Positions 46,731 to 57,731 of a stretch of 64,000 nt of DNA are shown here, piece after piece; the stretch's first letter is position 1, and the number at the start of each line of letters is the position of its first letter. The notes below the pieces were generated by a model, which made no database searches, was not told the origin of the DNA, and saw only the letters and a list, made by a program, of their open reading frames with translations. This stretch comes from Polyangiales bacterium. GTDB lineage: Bacteria; Myxococcota_A; Polyangia; Polyangiales; Houyiibacteriaceae. The stretch lies in NCBI GenBank assembly GCA_049645265.1, contig JBARTN010000167.1, positions 14,538-78,537 on the forward strand. The letters are read 5' to 3'. The position numbers and the translations under genes were made by a program.

Positions 46731-47515
46731 ATGAGAATGATGTCGGGCAAGACAAACAAGACAAACAAGACGAACAAGACGAACTAGGCGAGCGAGACAA
46801 CCAAGAAAACGATGAAGATGACGAACTAGCGGTACCCGTCGCCTGGGAGGCACTCGAAGACGCATTCGAAAACAACGCACCCGAGGTGCATAGCTACTTG
46901 CACTTCGATACCGGAGAAGTGATTCGCATCGTCGACGGGGTTGCAGACCCGTCGATGCACACCCGCATCATGAACGACGCCCGGTATCTTCGAATCGATC
47001 CGGTCTCCTCGCGCGAGCAGTATCGATGGATGGAGCGTTTCATCGCCACGGTCGAAGATGAAGAGCTCAGGCGCCGGCTCAACATCGCAATCGATGGGAA
47101 AGGCGCGTTCCGGCGGTTCAAAGACGCGCTGATGAGCCATCCGGTCGACCGGGAGCGTTGGTTTGCATTTCGGTCCGAGCGTTTACGCTCCTGCATGGAG
47201 TCCTGGCTGACCGCCCATGGCATTAACTCTGTCGAGCGGCCCACCTGGCACGTTCCGACGGCCGAGGAGGTCCAACCCAGCACAGTCGAGGAGCCGGTGG
47301 CGCCAAGCCCGAACCCCGTGGCCGGGCCGGCGCTCAGCGACGTCCAGCGCAAGCGGCTTCACGAGCTCGTCGACGGGCTCGGGTCTGAAGACATGGACTT
47401 GGCCCAAACCTACCTCGAGCTGCTTCGGGACCGGCGCCGTGCCTCCAAGCCTCCGGTCAAGGCAGGCTCCGAGACCCCGGGCGCGGCGGCCGCCAAGTCA
47501 GCCGAAAGCGAGTAG
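46727..47515 (+). CDS. UPF0158-family protein with low-complexity acidic N-terminus
   Basis: 262 aa from MNENDV, with the ATG overlapping the glpK TGA (ATGA). The core (YLRIDPVSSREQYRWMERFIATVEDEELRRRLNIAIDGKGAFRRFKDAL) matches my memory of UPF0158. Confidence 0.6.
   Translation: MNENDVGQDKQDKQDEQDELGERDNQENDEDDELAVPVAWEALEDAFENNAPEVHSYLHFDTGEVIRIVDGVADPSMHTRIMNDARYLRIDPVSSREQYRWMERFIATVEDEELRRRLNIAIDGKGAFRRFKDALMSHPVDRERWFAFRSERLRSCMESWLTAHGINSVERPTWHVPTAEEVQPSTVEEPVAPSPNPVAGPALSDVQRKRLHELVDGLGSEDMDLAQTYLELLRDRRRASKPPVKAGSETPGAAAAKSAESE
46751..46786. repeat. In-frame 9-bp tandem repeat x4 (gacaaacaa-type), A-rich
   Basis: Read directly: gacaaacaa gacaaacaa gacgaacaa gacgaacta, encoding DKQ DKQ DEQ DEL. 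Confidence 0.85.
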
Positions 47516-47671
47516 GAAGCCCGTTACCGTTTCCCGACTAGGCCGGCTCGTAGGGCTCAGCCACAACATCTAGTGGGGGTCACAGGCTGACCCTCCCTTC
47601 TGGTCGCGTGAAACGTTGCAATCTCGTATGTTCAGTGATAGCCACGTCCAACTACTCCTTTGGGGGGCAGA

Positions 47672-50600
47672 GTGAAGATCAAGAAGCTCCAAATCGTTGG
47701 CTTCAAATCCTTCGTCGATATGACGACGATCCATATCGACCACGACATCACCTGTGTCGTCGGGCCCAATGGTTGTGGCAAGTCCAACATCGTAGACGCC
47801 ATCAAGTGGTGCATGGGCGAACAGTCCCCATCCCGCCTCCGAGGCAAGCAGATGGAGGACATCATCTTCAGTGGAGCCGAAGGGCGCGGGCCTCACGGGT
47901 TCGCTGAGGTCACGCTGACCTTCGACAATCGAGATGGGCTCGCTCCTGCCGAGTACAGCGAATACGCCGAGATTCAGGTTACCCGGCGTCTCGATCGTCA
48001 GGGCAACAGCGACTACCTCATCAACCGCACGCCGGTCCGTCTGCTCGACATCACGAACCTTTTCCTAGGCACGGGGGTCGGGAAGCGCGCGTACTCGATC
48101 ATCGAGCAGGGCCGCATCGGCTTCATCGTCACCTCCAAGCCGGAGGATCGCCGCGCGATGATCGAAGAGGCTGCGGGCATCAGCAAGTTCAAGTTGAGCA
48201 AGCGCACTGCCGAACGAAAGATGGATCAAACACGCCAGAACCTCCTGCGTGTCACGGACATCATCGGTGAGCTTGAGCGCAGCCTCGCTTCGCTCAAGCG
48301 GCAGGCACAGAAAGCCGAACGCTACAAACGCTGCAAGAAAGAAATGCGAGACCTCGACTTGTGGGTTGCATCGCATCGCTTCCTCGAGCTCAAGGGACAG
48401 ATGGGCTCGGTCTCTGCGTGCTTGTCGAAAGCGAGCGAGGACATGCAAGCAAGCCGCCACGGCTTGATCGCGAAAGAGGCGTCGGTCGAGGCGGAGCGCG
48501 TGTCGTTGCTGCAACGGGGCTCGGAGGTCGAGCGCGGCCAAAGTCACGCGTACGAGCTCGACAACTTGGTCCGGCAGCTCGAAGGCTTGATCCGGCAGCA
48601 ACAAGATCGACAGGCGGCCTTGATCGAACGCAAAGAGCTCGCGAGTCGCGAGCTCCGCCAAATCGAAGAGCAACGCGAGGGCTTGCACGGCGAAGCGTCG
48701 ACGGTTCGTCTTTCTCTGAGCGAGCTCGAGGCGTTGGAAACCGAGGCAGACCAGCTCCTGGCCGAAGTCGAGGCTGAGCTCCAGACCCGCAAAAACACTG
48801 CGGAAGAGGCCGAGTCGGCTGTGCAGAACGCGCGCACTGGGCTGGCTGAAGGGCGCGCCCGCATCGCGGGTGCCGAGGCGGTTCTCGAGGGCTACGACGC
48901 GCGGCGCGAAGAGATTCGCGGCCGTCTCGAGCGCTTGCAAGAAGAGCTGCAAGCGCTCTCAACACGTGAGGTCGAGTTCAAGCAGCAGCGCGGAGAGCTC
49001 GAGGCCCGGACGCACGGCTTGCGGAGCGGCAAGTCGGAGACTGCGGAGCGCAAAACCGAAATCGAGACGTCGCTCTCGACAGGCAAGGAGGCGTTGCACC
49101 GAGCGGATTCCGAAGTCGACGCACTCCGCGAGACGCTTGCTGTGACCAGCTCGCGGCTGCGGTCGCTCAACGAAATCCACGAGCGCTTCGAAGGTGTTGG
49201 GGCCGGCACGCAGGCAGTGCTGACCGGGTACTCCAATGCCGCGGGCGATGCGTCCCGGTCGGGGCTGGTCGGCCTGGTGGCCGATCGCGTGGAGTGCGCG
49301 CCCGAGCACACCCGCGCGCTGGGTGCTGCGCTCGGTGGAGCGCTCGAGTACCTGCTGGTCAACGATACCGATTCGGCGCTGCGCGCAGCGGACTACCTCG
49401 CGCGCGAAGAGAAAGGCCGGGCGACCTTCCTGCCGCGTTCGCCGACGGGCGCTCCTCGTGTCGTTCCCCAATTCCCTACGGGGATGGGCATCGTCGGGCC
49501 TCTACTGAGTCTGGTGAGTTACTCGCAAGCTGACGACGCCTGGGTGCGCTACCTCCTGTTCGACGTCTTGGTGGTCGACCGCTTGCAGACTGCGGCACGT
49601 CTTCACCGCGACGGCTTCGGGGGAAAGCTGGTGACCGTCGACGGGCAGGCCTTGCTTCGCGACGGCGCCGTGGTGGGTGGCGCCAAGGACGAGTCGGCGG
49701 CGCATCTGCTCAGGCTCAAGCGAGAGATCCGCGAGCTCGAGGAGTCGGCTGCCTCGCAGGGCGCGGCCCTCGAACGGGCGATTGCCAATCAAGGCCGGCT
49801 TCGTTCCAGCCTTGCCGAGGGGCAGGCCGCCATCGATTCGGCGAGGGTTGAGGCCCACGACGCCGAATTGGAGATTTTAGGTGCAGAGCGAGACCTGCGG
49901 TTCGTCGAGATCGAGCTCCAGCGCATCGACGAGCGCCGCCAGGAAATCGCCGACGCCGAGGCCGAGGGGCGTGCCGCTCTGTCGCGAGTCGATGTCGATG
50001 AGGCCAACAGCCGGCGCCAGGTGAGCGGGGCTCAGCATGATGTGACCCATGCCGAAGAAGCAGTGCAGGTCGCCGACAGCGTTCTCACCGAACGTCGACG
50101 CGTGGTCGACGAGCAGTTGTCGAAGGCGACGGAGGTCAAGGTGGGGGCGACGCAGTCCCGTGAGCGCGCCGACCGCGAGCGTTCGGTCATCGGGCAGCTC
50201 GATCGCGCGATCGCAGAGCTCGACGCGCGTGAAGATCGCCTGCGTGAGGACGTGGCCACCGCCGATCGCGATCGGGGTCAGGCTGCGGGTCGCATCCTCT
50301 TGCACCACGGTCGCCTGAGCGAGATGGCCCACGAGGCCGCAGTGGCGCGACAAGAGCTGTCGCGTCACCGCGCGGGCTTCGACGAAGCGCAGACGCAGCT
50401 CGGCGCATCGGAGGTTTCTCTCAAACAGCTGCGCTCCAGAATCGACGTCCAGTCCGTGGAGCTCAACGAACTGGCCCTCCGCGAGCGCGAAATCAGCTTG
50501 TCGCTCGAGCACCTCGAAGAGCAAGTTCAGGACAAGCATCGCGTCGAGCTGGCGTACGTCATCGGTGACCACCACGCGCGGCCCGTGCCTGACGCCGGGG

Positions 50601-51277
50601 TGACCGCACGCGCCGAGGAGCTACAGCGGCTCATCGATCGCATGGGCGAGATCAACCTCACAGCAATCGACGAGTACGAAGAGAACGCTCAGCGTTACGA
50701 GTACCTGACCGGGCAGCGCCGCGACCTCGAGGACGCACTTACCAAGCTCGACAAGGCGATTCGGCAAATGAACCGAGAGAGCCGGGCGCTTTTCCGTGAG
50801 ACGTTTGCGGCAATCAACGAGCGGTTCAAGCGCATCTTCCCGATGCTGTTCCGTGGAGGCAAAGCCGAGCTTCGGCTCACCGATCCGCAGGACATGCTCG
50901 AAACGGGCGTCGAGATCATCGCGCAGCCGCCGGGCAAGCGCCTCGGCTCACTCGAGCTCATGAGCGGAGGAGAGAAGGCTCTCACCGCGGTCGCCATGAT
51001 TTTCGCGATATTCCAGTACAAGCCGAGCCCCTTCTGCCTGCTCGACGAGGTTGATGCGCCACTGGACGAAGCCAACATCGGCCGCTTTGCCGAAGCCATT
51101 CAGCAGATGACCGACCGCTCCCAGTTCATCATCATTACGCACTCGAAGCGCACCATGGAGTTCGCAGACGTGCTCTACGGCGTCACCATGGAGCAGCCAG
51201 GCGTCTCCAAGCTCGTCTCCGTCGAGCTCCGCGGCGAAAAACGCCCCATCTCCCAAGCCGTAGAAGCCGCCGAATAG
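47672..51277 (+). CDS. smc: Chromosome partition protein Smc
   Basis: About 1200-aa ORF. It begins (V)KIKKLQIVGFKSF and has Walker A GPNGCGKSN, a long coiled coil, a hinge, the signature LSGGEKALTA and Walker B FCLLDEVDAPLD. The GTG at 47672 is preceded by a GGGGGG run. The ORF-track TTG start is at 47660. Confidence 0.95.
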   Translation: MKIKKLQIVGFKSFVDMTTIHIDHDITCVVGPNGCGKSNIVDAIKWCMGEQSPSRLRGKQMEDIIFSGAEGRGPHGFAEVTLTFDNRDGLAPAEYSEYAEIQVTRRLDRQGNSDYLINRTPVRLLDITNLFLGTGVGKRAYSIIEQGRIGFIVTSKPEDRRAMIEEAAGISKFKLSKRTAERKMDQTRQNLLRVTDIIGELERSLASLKRQAQKAERYKRCKKEMRDLDLWVASHRFLELKGQMGSVSACLSKASEDMQASRHGLIAKEASVEAERVSLLQRGSEVERGQSHAYELDNLVRQLEGLIRQQQDRQAALIERKELASRELRQIEEQREGLHGEASTVRLSLSELEALETEADQLLAEVEAELQTRKNTAEEAESAVQNARTGLAEGRARIAGAEAVLEGYDARREEIRGRLERLQEELQALSTREVEFKQQRGELEARTHGLRSGKSETAERKTEIETSLSTGKEALHRADSEVDALRETLAVTSSRLRSLNEIHERFEGVGAGTQAVLTGYSNAAGDASRSGLVGLVADRVECAPEHTRALGAALGGALEYLLVNDTDSALRAADYLAREEKGRATFLPRSPTGAPRVVPQFPTGMGIVGPLLSLVSYSQADDAWVRYLLFDVLVVDRLQTAARLHRDGFGGKLVTVDGQALLRDGAVVGGAKDESAAHLLRLKREIRELEESAASQGAALERAIANQGRLRSSLAEGQAAIDSARVEAHDAELEILGAERDLRFVEIELQRIDERRQEIADAEAEGRAALSRVDVDEANSRRQVSGAQHDVTHAEEAVQVADSVLTERRRVVDEQLSKATEVKVGATQSRERADRERSVIGQLDRAIAELDAREDRLREDVATADRDRGQAAGRILLHHGRLSEMAHEAAVARQELSRHRAGFDEAQTQLGASEVSLKQLRSRIDVQSVELNELALREREISLSLEHLEEQVQDKHRVELAYVIGDHHARPVPDAGVTARAEELQRLIDRMGEINLTAIDEYEENAQRYEYLTGQRRDLEDALTKLDKAIRQMNRESRALFRETFAAINERFKRIFPMLFRGGKAELRLTDPQDMLETGVEIIAQPPGKRLGSLELMSGGEKALTAVAMIFAIFQYKPSPFCLLDEVDAPLDEANIGRFAEAIQQMTDRSQFIIITHSKRTMEFADVLYGVTMEQPGVSKLVSVELRGEKRPISQAVEAAE

Positions 51278-51358
51278 GGGACACTCATCCACAACTCAGA
51301 TTCGCAGGCGTCCGGGTCGGGCCGAGGGTTCCTGGATCTGTGGTCCGGGGTCGGTCTG

Positions 51359-52612
51359 GTGGTTGCGAACATGGTCGGCGCCGGTGTTTTCCTGAGCGCT
51401 GGGTTCATGGCGCAAGAGCTCAGCGCCGGATGGATTCTCGCAGCCTGGGGAATCGGAGGCCTGCTCGCGATGGCGGGCGCGCGCACGTATGCCGAGGCCG
51501 CCGTGATGATCCCACGGTCCGGCGGAGAGTACCGCTATCTATCCGAGCTTCTTCACCCAGCTCTCGGGTATCTCGCTGGCTGGGCTTCGCTCCTCGTGGG
51601 TTTCTCCGCGCCGATGGCGATCAGCGCCTTTGCCGCAGCGGCATTTGCGTTTGCGGTATTCGGACTGGCTGACGCGCGCCTCGGAGCAGCTGTCCTCATC
51701 GCCGCGCTCACTGTGTTTCACGCCGTCGGCCTCCGACTTTCGAAGTGGACCCAGAACGGCCTCGTCGTCCTCAAAGGGCTTCTCATCCTCGCTTTCGTGG
51801 CGCTAGGCCTGGCGTTGGGCGACAACCAGTTGCCGAGTTGGGCGCCGCCGAGCGCGCCAGCAAGCCTTGCACTTCCGTTTGCGAGCAGTCTCTTCTTCGT
51901 CGCGTACGCGTTCTCCGGCTGGAATGCGGCGGCCTATGCGGCAGAAGAGTTTCAGGCACCGCGCCGTGACGTTCCACGCGCCATGTTGATCGGCTGCGGG
52001 CTCGTTGCAGTCGCGTACCTCCTGGTGAACTGGATTCTGGTCGTGAACCTCAGCCCGGAGCGAGCGCAAGTCGTCTTCGAGTACGAAGAGGCTAGAGTCA
52101 CGCTCGGACACCTCGTCACCCAGGACTTCCTCGGAGAGCTCGGAGCCCGCGCCATGTCCCTGGGCATCGCTGCGATCATGGTTTCAAGCAGCAGCGCGAT
52201 GCTCTTGGTCGGTCCGCGTGTCTACGCAGAGATGGCTCGTGATGGATTTCTACCCTCGTTTCTGCGCGGCAAGCCTGGAGCGCCACCCCGCGCAGCCGTG
52301 GTCCTTCAGGGCGCGCTCGCGATTGCCCTTCTGTACCTCCACAGCGTTGGCGATCTGCTCAGCAACGTGGCGGGCGTCCTGGTCTTCTTCTCAGCCCTCG
52401 TCGCGGTCGGCCTCTTCACGGCCCGGCGACGCCGGCCGGACCTCGAAACACCACGCCCCTGGGCGCTGGTCGCCGCAGCCATCTACGTCAGCTCGTCGGT
52501 TTGGATGCTCTACAACGCGTTCAAAGCGCAAACGGGCCTCATCCCATGGATCGGCGTTGCGACCGGAACCGCCCTCGTCGGCTATGCGCTGACCGCGAAG
52601 CGAGCTAGTTGA
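51359..52612 (+). CDS. APC-superfamily amino acid/polyamine permease
   Basis: About 12 TM helices, and an N-terminal [10 protein letters not shown] block typical of APC TM1. The conserved TM1 start appears to lie upstream of the first canonical start (see findings). Confidence 0.75.
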   Translation: MVANMVGAGVFLSAGFMAQELSAGWILAAWGIGGLLAMAGARTYAEAAVMIPRSGGEYRYLSELLHPALGYLAGWASLLVGFSAPMAISAFAAAAFAFAVFGLADARLGAAVLIAALTVFHAVGLRLSKWTQNGLVVLKGLLILAFVALGLALGDNQLPSWAPPSAPASLALPFASSLFFVAYAFSGWNAAAYAAEEFQAPRRDVPRAMLIGCGLVAVAYLLVNWILVVNLSPERAQVVFEYEEARVTLGHLVTQDFLGELGARAMSLGIAAIMVSSSSAMLLVGPRVYAEMARDGFLPSFLRGKPGAPPRAAVVLQGALAIALLYLHSVGDLLSNVAGVLVFFSALVAVGLFTARRRRPDLETPRPWALVAAAIYVSSSVWMLYNAFKAQTGLIPWIGVATGTALVGYALTAKRAS

Positions 52613-54887
52613 CGATTGCGTCCAACGCCGACGCGTGCGACTCGGCGAGCTCTTCGACCGGTACTTCACAAACGCCTTCAATCGCGACGGTCTGGCCGGT
52701 GACGGTTCCGATCTTTTCGAAGGGCACGCCGTAGCGCGCGCAGATGTCCCCAACCGCGCCGACCTTGCTCGGTGAAAGGCTGACGATGATGCGTGTCGGC
52801 TCTTCACTGAACAGAAGGGCGTGTGCCGGCGCGTCTTCACTCGAGGGCAGGCTGACCCGCGCGCCGTGTCCGTGCGCGATGCAAGATTCGGCCAGCGCCA
52901 CCGCGAAGCCACCGTCGCTGATGTCGTGCGCGCTCTTGAGAAGCTTTCTGCCAGCGAGCTCGAGCATCGCGTGCTGCAACTCGGCTTCTGCGTCGAGGTC
53001 GATCCCGACGGGCGCGCCGGTCACCGAGCCGCTGTGCTGCACGAGCCATTCCGAGCCGCCGAGGACCCCGCGCGATGGGCGTCCGAGGTGTGCAATCACA
53101 TCGCCTTCAAACAGAAATCCGAGCCCAAGCCGATGATCGGGGTCTTCGAGTTGGCCGACCACGGCAACCGTCGGCGTCGGCAGAATGGCCTTGCCATCCG
53201 TCTCGTTGTAGAGGCTGACGTTGCCTGACACGACGGGCGCGCCCAACGCGCTGCACGCCGCGGCCAAACCGTCGATCGCCTGTGAGAAGCGCCACATCTG
53301 CTCCGGCACTTCGGGGTTACCGAAATTCAAGCAGTCGGTGAGGCCGAGCGGCTTCGCCCCGACGCAGACGACGTTGCGCGTGCACTCGGCGACGGCCATC
53401 GCTGCGCCGGCGTATGGGTCGAGCTCCACATGCCTGCCGTTGCAGTCGGCGGATACGGCCAGAAACTTCTCGTGGGTCCCGTTGGCATCTTCGCAGAAAA
53501 CTCGAATCACTGCGGCATCGCCGTCCCCAGGACGAATCACGGTTCCGTTTCGAACGATGTGGTCGTACTGACGCCAGATCCAGGAACGGCTTCCGATGTT
53601 GGGCGAGCCGATGAGGCGCACGAGCTCGGCGCCCAGGTCTTCGGGAGCATCGCCGGTCATCGTGAACAGTGTGGCCTGCTCGGCCCGTTCTTGCTGGGGT
53701 CGGTCGTACTTGGGTGCTGCGTTCGTGAGCAGGTCGACCGGCAGATCCACCACGACGACGGGATCGGGTTTGCCTGTCCCATCGAAAGGGTCGTAGCCGG
53801 GGGTGGCTTTGCAAACGAAGCGCCCGGTGTCGGTCACGCGGCCGACGACCGACGCATCGAGGTCCCACTTGGCACAGATATCGAAGACCTCTTGCTCGCG
53901 ACCCGCTTTGGCGACCATCAGCATGCGTTCTTGCGATTCGCTCAGGAGCATTTCGTAGGGGCTCAACGCTTTGGTTCGGCGCGGAATCGCGTCGAGATTG
54001 AGCTCGATGCCATTGCCCGCGCGGTCTGCCATTTCGACCGAAGACGAGGTCAGCCCCGCTGCGCCCATGTCCTGCACGCCCGACAAGCAATCGGTCGCAA
54101 AGATCTCGAGGCAGGCTTCGAGGAGGAGTTTCTCCATGAATGGATCACCCACCTGCACGGTCGGGAGCTTGCTGTCGGTTTCTTCGCCAAACTCGGCGCT
54201 CGCCATCGTGGCACCATGAATTCCGTCTCGACCTGTCTTGGCGCCGACGTAGATGATCGGGTTGCCGATGCCTTCCGCAACTCCAAAGAAGAGGTCTTCG
54301 GTCTTGGCAATGCCCACCGTAAACGCGTTGACGAGGATGTTCCCGTCGTAGCTCGCGTCGAATTGCACTTCACCGCCCACCGTCGGGACGCCGATGCAAT
54401 TGCCGTAGCCGCCGATGCCCGCGACCACACCTTTGAGCAGCTGAGGAGTCCTCGGATGATCGGGGCGCCCAAATCGGAGGGAGTTCAGTGACGCCACCGG
54501 ACGCGCTCCCATCGTGAACACGTCGCGCAAGATGCCGCCGACACCCGTCGCCGCGCCTTGGTACGGTTCGATGTACGACGGATGGTTGTGCGACTCCATC
54601 TTGAACACCGCGCAGAAGCCATCACCGATGTCGACCGCCCCGGCATTTTCGCCCGGCCCCTGAACCACTTGCGGGCCGGTCGTCGGCAGCCGAGCGAGAT
54701 GAACCCGAGAGGACTTGTACGAGCAGTGCTCAGACCACATCACGCTGATGACCCCGAGCTCTGCGTAGCTAGGCAAGCGAAAGAGGGTGCTCAGGACGCG
54801 ATCCCACTCCTCCGCTGCTAGCCCGAACTCGCGCGCGATCTTGGGGGAGCTGTCGGGCTCTCCAGGAAATTTCGCGGCGGTGCTCAT
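52605..54887 (-). CDS. purL: Phosphoribosylformylglycinamidine synthase subunit PurL
   Basis: 760-aa ORF with blocks such as [34 protein letters not shown] and [23 protein letters not shown]. Its start overlaps the purQ stop by 4 nt. Confidence 0.95.
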   Translation of the reverse strand: MSTAAKFPGEPDSSPKIAREFGLAAEEWDRVLSTLFRLPSYAELGVISVMWSEHCSYKSSRVHLARLPTTGPQVVQGPGENAGAVDIGDGFCAVFKMESHNHPSYIEPYQGAATGVGGILRDVFTMGARPVASLNSLRFGRPDHPRTPQLLKGVVAGIGGYGNCIGVPTVGGEVQFDASYDGNILVNAFTVGIAKTEDLFFGVAEGIGNPIIYVGAKTGRDGIHGATMASAEFGEETDSKLPTVQVGDPFMEKLLLEACLEIFATDCLSGVQDMGAAGLTSSSVEMADRAGNGIELNLDAIPRRTKALSPYEMLLSESQERMLMVAKAGREQEVFDICAKWDLDASVVGRVTDTGRFVCKATPGYDPFDGTGKPDPVVVVDLPVDLLTNAAPKYDRPQQERAEQATLFTMTGDAPEDLGAELVRLIGSPNIGSRSWIWRQYDHIVRNGTVIRPGDGDAAVIRVFCEDANGTHEKFLAVSADCNGRHVELDPYAGAAMAVAECTRNVVCVGAKPLGLTDCLNFGNPEVPEQMWRFSQAIDGLAAACSALGAPVVSGNVSLYNETDGKAILPTPTVAVVGQLEDPDHRLGLGFLFEGDVIAHLGRPSRGVLGGSEWLVQHSGSVTGAPVGIDLDAEAELQHAMLELAGRKLLKSAHDISDGGFAVALAESCIAHGHGARVSLPSSEDAPAHALLFSEEPTRIIVSLSPSKVGAVGDICARYGVPFEKIGTVTGQTVAIEGVCEVPVEELAESHASALDAIVN

Positions 54888-55579
54888 TCGAACCCCAAGT
54901 GACGCCGAAGCGATGTGAATAGCGCGAGCCCGTCATCGTTGCCGAGGATGAGTTCGCTCGCCCGTTCGGGATGCGGCATCATGCCGAGCACGTTCTTCTC
55001 CCGGTTGTAAAGGCCGGCGATGTCCCCGACCGAGCCGTTCGGATTGGCATCGCTGCCGTTGGGTTCGTCGCCGCGGTGCGTGCAATAGCGAAACGCGATC
55101 TGCCCGTGGCGCTCGAGGTCGGCAAGACCTTCCTCCGTCGTGTGGTACCGGCCGTCGGCGTGCGCAATGGGGAGACGGAGCACCTTGCCTTTGCCCATGT
55201 CGGTGAACGGACCTTCGTTTTCGACCCTCAGATAGATGTCGCGGCACTCGAAGCGAAGATGGGCGTTCCTGGTCAACGCCCCGGGAAGAAGCCCCATCTC
55301 CGTCAGAATCTGAAAGCCGTTGCAGATTCCGAGGACCGGGCCACCGCGGCCGGCGAACTCGCGGACCGCGTTGTCGATCGGGCTGAAGCCTGCAATCGCG
55401 CCGGCGCGCAGGTAGTCTCCGTACGAGAAACCGCCAGGAATCACGACGGCGTCCGCGTCACCCAGGCTGGTCCCTTTATGGAAGGCGTACCAGGCGTCTG
55501 CACCCAAGACGTCGCGCACTGCGTGCAGGGCGTCCCAGTCGGCATTGGAGCCTGGAAATTGTAAGACAGCGACTCTCAT
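54884..55579 (-). CDS. purQ: Phosphoribosylformylglycinamidine synthase glutaminase subunit PurQ
   Basis: 231 aa from [16 protein letters not shown], with the catalytic Cys block GICNGFQIL and MMPHPER. The ORF-track start at 55636 adds 19 unlikely residues. Confidence 0.9.
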   Translation of the reverse strand: MRVAVLQFPGSNADWDALHAVRDVLGADAWYAFHKGTSLGDADAVVIPGGFSYGDYLRAGAIAGFSPIDNAVREFAGRGGPVLGICNGFQILTEMGLLPGALTRNAHLRFECRDIYLRVENEGPFTDMGKGKVLRLPIAHADGRYHTTEEGLADLERHGQIAFRYCTHRGDEPNGSDANPNGSVGDIAGLYNREKNVLGMMPHPERASELILGNDDGLALFTSLRRHLGFE

Positions 55580-55649
55580 CTGACGGTCCAGTGGTCCTCG
55601 GCGCGCGGAGCATAGAACGGACCGGCCGGCAGGCAACGCGGAAGCGACG

Positions 55650-56276
55650 CTATCGGATCAGCTCCAGATACCCGTGGCTGATGTCGGGCTCGAGCCCTTC
55701 CACCGGGGTCACGCGAAACACGATCGTCCCTCGGCAGCTCGACGCGTCGACAAGCCCATAGGCACGGCTGTCCTGTCCCATGTAGCCGCGGTAGTCGCCG
55801 AGGAGGTAGAGCTTGCCCGCGGGGACCTCCGTCTTTTCGACGTGGTGCCGACGATTCTCGCCTAGGAAGATTCGGTGTTTGCCGGTTCCAAGGTACTCGT
55901 CGCCCCAGGTCACCTGCACCGTCCGGTCGGTGTCGGCGTTGTAGAAAGAGGCGCTGCCGCCTCCACTGTAGTCGACGGGCTTCCCATCGATCAGGAGCTC
56001 GGTGCCGAACGAATGGATCGTCATCCCTTCGGTTGCAGCGACCCGCGCGACGACCCAGCCGACTTCCGTCGGATGCTGGCAGACCGCGATCGAACCGAGC
56101 TTCGGGGTCGCTCTCTTGTTGATCAGGACGCGCTCTCCCCGGAGCAGCGTGGGCGCCATGCCATTGTGTCCGACCTCGGCCATGTCGAACAGGAGCACTT
56201 TGAGCAACAGGGCGATGACGATGAGGATCGCGCCCACCCACGAAAGGCATCCAAGCCCACTGCGCATCGCCCCCAT
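55650..56276 (-). CDS. Signal peptidase I (S26) homologue lacking the catalytic Ser/Lys dyad (probable pseudo-peptidase)
   Basis: 208-aa ORF with an N-terminal TM helix. Box B reads GHNGMAPTLL (Gly at the Ser position of SGSMxPTL). Box D reads WVVARVAATEG (Ala at the Lys position of YIKRVIGLPGD). Box E is partly retained (GDYRGYMGQDSRAYGLV). Confidence 0.6.
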   Translation of the reverse strand: MGAMRSGLGCLSWVGAILIVIALLLKVLLFDMAEVGHNGMAPTLLRGERVLINKRATPKLGSIAVCQHPTEVGWVVARVAATEGMTIHSFGTELLIDGKPVDYSGGGSASFYNADTDRTVQVTWGDEYLGTGKHRIFLGENRRHHVEKTEVPAGKLYLLGDYRGYMGQDSRAYGLVDASSCRGTIVFRVTPVEGLEPDISHGYLELIR

Positions 56277-56284
56277 GCACCTGG

Positions 56285-56923
56285 CTATTCGCCGCTCGAG
56301 AGGTACTTGTCAAGCTCGCGAAGGAAGAGCCGTAGGGCCTCGTTGGGCTGCACGGCTGCATAGACAGCCCGCCGGATCGCGACACCGAACGCGCCTCTGC
56401 GAAGCAGTGGCGTCAGATCCTCGGGACGCACGCCGCCCAGGGCATATGTCGGCGTTTCGACACCGGCGATCGCGGCTCGAAAACCATGAATGCCCATGGG
56501 TCGAGCCTTGCCGGGTACGTGAAAGATCGGGCTCAGGAAGGCATAGCCCGCGCGCTCGCGCTCGGCGGATTCAAGGCCGGTCCGATCGTGGCGGGAGACC
56601 CCGAGGATAGGGAGGGAAGGCCAATGCTCGCGAAGTTCGGCCGGGGGAAGGCCAAGCTCGGGTAGGTGCACGCCGTCCGCGCCCACGATCTCTGCGAGAT
56701 CCATCCGGCGGTTCACCGTCAAAGCACTGCCGGTGTCCCGTGTAATCTCGCGCAGCTCGCGTCCCCATCGAACGATTTGCCGATCGGACGCCCGTTTTGC
56801 CCGGAGCTGCACGCCCAACACGCCGGGCGGGCACCCTTCGAGCGCGCGCCGAACCGGAGCTACCGGACCGTCCGGGTGGTTCGGGTCTGTGATGATCCAG
56901 ATCCGTGGGAGGCCTTGGGTCAT
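56285..56923 (-). CDS. thiE: Thiamine-phosphate synthase
   Basis: 212 aa from MTQGLPRIWIITD. GVQLRAKR, GADGVHLPE, GVSRHD, GYAFLSPIF and YALGGV blocks match ThiE. Lies 10 nt downstream of thiG. Confidence 0.8.
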   Translation of the reverse strand: MTQGLPRIWIITDPNHPDGPVAPVRRALEGCPPGVLGVQLRAKRASDRQIVRWGRELREITRDTGSALTVNRRMDLAEIVGADGVHLPELGLPPAELREHWPSLPILGVSRHDRTGLESAERERAGYAFLSPIFHVPGKARPMGIHGFRAAIAGVETPTYALGGVRPEDLTPLLRRGAFGVAIRRAVYAAVQPNEALRLFLRELDKYLSSGE

Positions 56924-56933
56924 CGCGACGGAC

Positions 56934-57731
56934 TTAGGACCGGCTGTCTTGATCGGAGCCGATGACGCCCTCGAGCGGGCTCGATGCCGTTGCGTAGAGC
57001 TTGCGCGGAATGCGGCCCGCAAGGAATGCGTCGCGGCCCGCCTCGACCCCTGCTTTCATCGCGCGGGCCATTCGAACCGGGTCCTTGGCGCCGGCGATCG
57101 CCGTGTTCATCAGCACGCCGTCGACGCCGAGCTCCATGGCGATCGCCGCATCCGACGCGGTACCGACGCCGGCGTCGACGATCACGGGCACCGTCGCGTG
57201 CTTGACGATAATCTCGATATTGAACGGATTGCGGACGCCGAGCCCGCTCCCGATGGGCGCGGCCAATGGCATGACCGCGGCGCAGCCGAGCTCTTCCAGA
57301 CGGAGGGCCGCAATCGGGTCGTCGTTGAAGTAGGGAAGGACGGTGAAACCGTCGTGCACCAAGGTCTTGGCGGCTTCTAGTGTTGCCGGGACATCGGGGA
57401 ACAGTGTCCTCTCGTCGCCGATGACCTCGAGCTTGATCAGTGGAGTGTCTAGAAGCTCCCGCGCCAGCCGGGCAGTACGGACCGCGTCTTCGGCGGTGTA
57501 GCAGCCCGCGGTGTTCGGAAGCACTGTATACTCGCCCTCGCGGAGCACGGTCATGATCGAGTCGGCTCCCGTGGCCTTCAAATCAACCCGGCGCACCGCG
57601 ACGGTGACGACTTCGCAGCCGGACGCCTCCAGCGCCTTCTTCGCGGTATCGAGGTTTGGGTACTTCCCCGTCCCGGTAAACAAGCGCGATCGAAACTCGA
57701 ACTGGCCGATCTTCAGAATGTCTTCGGACAC
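56934..57731 (-). CDS. thiG: Thiazole synthase
   Basis: 265-aa ORF with [41 protein letters not shown] and [14 protein letters not shown] blocks. Confidence 0.95.
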   Translation of the reverse strand: MSEDILKIGQFEFRSRLFTGTGKYPNLDTAKKALEASGCEVVTVAVRRVDLKATGADSIMTVLREGEYTVLPNTAGCYTAEDAVRTARLARELLDTPLIKLEVIGDERTLFPDVPATLEAAKTLVHDGFTVLPYFNDDPIAALRLEELGCAAVMPLAAPIGSGLGVRNPFNIEIIVKHATVPVIVDAGVGTASDAAIAMELGVDGVLMNTAIAGAKDPVRMARAMKAGVEAGRDAFLAGRIPRKLYATASSPLEGVIGSDQDSRS

